In this document: positions 60,071 to 64,000 of the stretch, piece after piece | Layout: each line of letters begins with the position of its first letter | Position numbering within the stretch: the first letter of the stretch is position 1 | From: an uncultured delta proteobacterium | Lineage (GTDB): Bacteria; Desulfobacterota; Desulfobacteria; Desulfobacterales; QNYZ01 | Length of the DNA: 64,000 nucleotides | Assembly: GCA_963845145.1 (NCBI GenBank) | Contig: CAWJQU010000005.1 | Location: 1,056,001 to 1,120,000 of the forward strand | Direction: 5' to 3' | Translations under genes and position numbers: made by a program | The notes under the pieces: model-generated | Told to the model about the DNA's origin: nothing | Seen by the model: only the letters and a program-made list of their open reading frames with translations | Database searches by the model: none

Positions 60071-62354
60071 ATGCCCAATAACTTCAAAACCATGCTACTG
60101 GGATCAGTAACGCTTCTAATCGTATTTCTGTTCTTCTTGTCACCGGCGGGACAATACATTGAAGAAAACCTGGGCTTGAGCCTGCTCTTTTATTTACGGG
60201 GGCCGCAGACACCACCATCGGAGGTGGCCGTCATCGGCATCGATCAGCGAATCTGCCCGCCGACTCAAGTTGCCACTCAAGCCGGACCAATGGCCGCGGT
60301 CGATCCATACCGAATTGTTGCGTCAGCTCGCCAAAGCAGGCCCAAAGGTCGTCGCGATGGATATGGTTTTCAGGGAAGCGCGCGATGAAGACCAGGACCG
60401 CGCCCTGGCCCTAGCGATTAAAGCGGCGGGAAATGTGGTTCTGGCAGAATTCCTCCAGAACGAAAAACTCTACGATGCCGAGGGCGCCACACAACCCTCA
60501 CAACCGTTTGAGATTCGAAAAATTGTTCAACCCATTGATATCGTCCGGGAGGCCTCCGTCGCTACGGCCCCGTTGCCGGTTCCCAAAGTCCCGGTCAGGG
60601 TCAGTCGGTATTGGGCGTTTGTTCCGGATGCGGGCAATGCCCCCTCGCTACCCGTCGTTTCATTTCAGATGTACGCCTTGGAAGCGTATCCATCCTTGGT
60701 CAACCTGCTTCAAAAAAGGGCTCCGCCCATCGTCGGTTTGCCGCCGACAAATCTACAATTGTCTGCCATGGGGCGGGCTGAACGTGTCGTCCTGATGGTT
60801 CGTGATTGCTTTAAGGCGAATCCTGCCTTGGCGGACGCCATAATAGATGGCCATTCGGATGATGATCGTGCGACAAACGGCTCACCACAGCTTCTGGATC
60901 GACTGATCCAAATGTATGCGGCTGATGACAGTCGCTTCCTCAACTTTTACGGCCCGCCGGGAACGATTGAAACAACCGCCTATCACCAGATAATCTCCCG
61001 CAACGACAATCAACATAACACGAATCAACATAACGAGAACCAATGGGTCGTTGCCGATCTTTCGGCTTTTAAAAACAAAGCGGTATTCATCGGTTTGTCC
61101 GAGAGGGAAGTGCCGCTGAAAACCGATGGTTTTTATACGGTCTATTCGCGCGCCGACGGTGTGGATCTAAACGGGGTTGAGATTGCCGCAACCGCTTTTG
61201 CCAACATTTTGGAGAACCGGCCGCTTCGTACCTTATCTTTGGTTATGCAAGCCGGGATATTTATTCTTTGCGGTTGTCTTCTTTTAGCAGTCTGCAACTT
61301 TTCGTCGAATATCGTTTCCGCCGGTGGTGCGATCCTTTTTGGATTATGCTACCTTAGCGTGTCCCTGTTTTATTTCAAATCAAAGGGCATCTGGCTTCCA
61401 ATCGTTACGATTGTCGCCATTCAAACGCCTCTGGTCTATTTTCTCGGTGTATTCAGACGCTATCGTCATGTAGATGAAGAACGAAAAGCCATTCGTCACG
61501 CGTTTACCTTTTACCTGCCCACCCCCCTTGTCGACCGCATTGCGACCGAAAAGAAGGCCGTTACTGCCGATGGCCACTCGGCCCATGGCGCGTTGATATG
61601 TACGGATTTGTCAAAATATACGTCGTTTTCGGAAACCATCGACCCTCTGTCGCTCAATCAACTGATGCATGACTATTTTGAGGTCCTTTTCAGGCCGGTT
61701 CAGGAAAACGGCGGGATCATCTCGGACCTGGCGGGAGATTCCATGATGGCCCTGTGGGCCACCAAGGAGCCGGATCTTGCATCACGGAAATACGCCTGCG
61801 ATTCCGCCGTGCAGATGGTTACCGCATTATCCGAATTCTGGAAAAACTGTCCGCTGCCGGTCAATCTTGCCACACGCATCGGCATTCATTACGGCCATAT
61901 CCATATTGGAAATGTGGGCGCCGGCAACCATTATGAATATAAAGCGACCGGCGATACGGTGAATACGACGGCACGGATCGAGAATCTCAACAAACACCTG
62001 AAGACCCACACCCTCATTTCCGCCGATGCCCTCGCGCAGGTGAACGGATTCTTAACCCGCAGGGTGGGCACGTTTCTACTCAGCGGGAAGTCACGGCCGG
62101 TGGAGGTATTTGAATTGATTACACGCATGGAAAATGCTACCGATCAACAGGTCGCGTTAACCCACATGTTTTCGGATGGTTTGAAAGCATACATGGCGTT
62201 ATCATGGGAGATGGCGCTTGGCATTTTTAACACCATTTTAAGCCGGTACCCCCATGATGGGCCATCGATCTTTTATGAACGCTTATGCCGTCAATTTCGT
62301 CAAAACCCGCCGGCGTCCAATTGGAGTAGTGTTATCGTGACGGGGAAAAAATAG
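60071..62354 (+). CDS. CHASE2-domain class III adenylate/guanylate cyclase; frameshift near 60250
   Basis: RGP..P..VAVIGID, WPRSIH, GVEI, 3 TMs, TDLSKYT, GDSMMALW, RIGIHYG, GDTVNTTARIE, GKSRPV. Confidence 0.9.
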
Positions 62355-62394
62355 GAATAGGATATAAAAAGTAGCCACAAAGGGAAGGTGTCTG

Positions 62395-64000
62395 GTGTGC
62401 CACAAATATTGGAATTCTAAAACCTGTGTTTTAATCTGTTTGCTGGTTGTCCTCTTCGACCCGGCAATTGCTGCCGCAGAAGACTGCGAACCCTGGGCCG
62501 CCCGGGTTGTATCCATTCAAGGGCCGGTGGAAGTAAAACCCGCCGGCGGTTCGACATGGTCACAAGTTCGGCCCGAACAGCACTTTTGCACGGGAGACAT
62601 GGTGCGCATCCTGGCAAAAGGTCGTGCGGCCCTGGTTCTTCAGAATGGATCGGTGATACGCCTGGATGAGAAAACAACTATCCGCGTGAAAGCCAAAGAT
62701 GAATCGAAAGCCATACTGATCCGACTCCTCGAAGGCGCGGCCCACTTTTTCAGCCGGGTACCCCGAAGTCTCGACGTGGCGACGCCTTTTGTCAACTGTG
62801 CGGTCGAATCAACCGAGTTTTTTGTTCGCGTGGAAAAAGAGCAAACGTTTTTCAGCGTCTTTCGGGGCAAGGTAAAAACGTTTAACGGTACCGGCGAACT
62901 ACTGCTTACCGACGGGCAAACCGCCGTTGCGAAAAAAGACCAGGCGCCGGCGATGGTCGCTGTTGCGCGTCCCAGGGATGCCGTCCAATGGTCTTTATAC
63001 TATCCGCCCATTGGTACGGGTGGTGGTACGGGTGGCACGGACGGCACGGGGAAAGGCGCCGAGGCCCGGCAGGCGGTATATTCGGCCAGTGAACTGCTCC
63101 ACATCGGTCGCGTGTCGGAGGCCCGCAAAATTCTTGCCCAGGTATTAAAAGATGATCCGACCCATGCCGATGCCCTGGCGCTTGAAGCGATTATCGCCCT
63201 GACGCTAAACCAAAAAGAGAGGGCTCGTACACTGGCCGAAAAAGCCTTGGCGAATAACCCCGCCTCATCAGCGGTGAAAATGGCCAAAGGATATGTGCAG
63301 CAGGCCTTCTTTGATATTGACGGGGCCCGCGCCACCATGGAATCCGCCGTGGCCGAGCACCCCCAAGATGCCCTGGCCTGGGCCAGGCTATCCGAACTGT
63401 GGCTGGCCGGCGGGTATCAAAAAAACGCCCTGACCGCTGCCTAGAAACGCAGCGGCCCTATCTCCGGACATCAGCCGCACCCAAACGGTTTTGGGGTTTG
63501 CCCATATATCCCGGATTAAAATCAAGGAGGCCAGGGCGGCTTTCCAAAAAGCCATTGATTTGGATCAGGCCGACCCGTTGCCGAGGCTTGGACTGGGCCT
63601 GGCCCTCATCCGAAACGGCAATCTGACCGACGGCCGGGAGCAAATCGAAATCGCCGCTGGCCTGGACTCCGGGAACGCATTGGTCCGCAGCTACCTTGGC
63701 AAGGCCTTTTATGAAGAAAAAAACAGTCACATGGCCGGGCGGCAATACGGTGTAGCCAAAGAACTCGACCCCAACGATCCCACACCCTATTTTTATGATG
63801 CCATTCGCAAACAGACCGAAAACCGGCCGGTGGCGGCCTTTTTTGATCTCCAGGAGTCCATTGAAAAAAATGACAACCGGGCCGTCTATCGATCCAAACT
63901 GCTGCTCGACGAAGACCTTGCCGCCCGCAGCGCCTCGTTGGGGCGTATTTACGGCGATCTGGGGTTTGAGCAGTTGGCTCTGGTGGAAGGGTGGAAATCG
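62395..64000 (+). CDS. Exported FecR-domain + TPR protein (partial; frameshift near 63442, continues past window end)
   Basis: Signal peptide, FecR-like region (GDMVR, LLEG, VATP, TEF.V), then TPRs. After 63444 the +1 frame stays open to the edge: RTQTVLGFAH...DPLPRLGLGLALIR...DPTPYFYDAI...NDNRAVYRSKLLLDEDLAARSASLGRIY. Confidence 0.82.

Noticed and set aside
1..64000. CRISPR array, rRNA, tRNA, prophage or integron integrase
   Set aside because: No repeat-spacer periodicity, cloverleaf, rRNA-like tract, phage structural gene or tyrosine recombinase recognised by eye; tRNAscan/Rfam were not run.

Overview
Bacterial chromosomal window, most likely from an anaerobic Desulfobacterales-like deltaproteobacterium (inferred from gene content and repeat types). 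Layout: (1) 1-556, an ISNCY transposase whose element end cuts the 5' end of a livH-like gene. (2) 0.56-11.1 kb, a co-oriented operon: Liv-type ABC transporter, FAD-dependent amine oxidoreductase, a strongly altered HemB/porphobilinogen-synthase-like protein, an Old-Yellow-Enzyme/Fe-S flavoprotein lacking its normal catalytic motif, a Rid imine deaminase and an EamA transporter. This is the best candidate for an undescribed pathway. (3) 11.1-13.8 kb, a complete group II intron inserted inside catalytic domain V of a second, 5'-truncated group II intron, with a candidate EBS1 complementary to that domain V strand. (4) 14-25 kb, mixed accessory genes. (5) 25.5-35 kb, a respiratory arsenate reductase cluster (arrA, arrB, NrfD anchor, TorD chaperone) behind a consensus sigma54 promoter, next to an AioX/ArrT-like binding protein and a membrane-anchored one-component sigma54 activator instead of the usual kinase/regulator pair. 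(6) 35-52 kb, many short, mostly minus-strand genes with remnants, a degenerate gene duplicate, a chimeric toxin-antitoxin relic and attC-like sequence. (7) 52-59.7 kb, a sigma54-driven PAP2/permuted-NlpC operon, a tri-rubredoxin membrane protein and a Cpx-like system. (8) 60-64 kb, a CHASE2 adenylate cyclase and a FecR-TPR protein. Frameshifts cluster at 1-15 kb and 60-64 kb and may be sequencing errors. I saw no rRNA, tRNA or CRISPR array. All family calls come from motif recognition by eye; no database searches were run.
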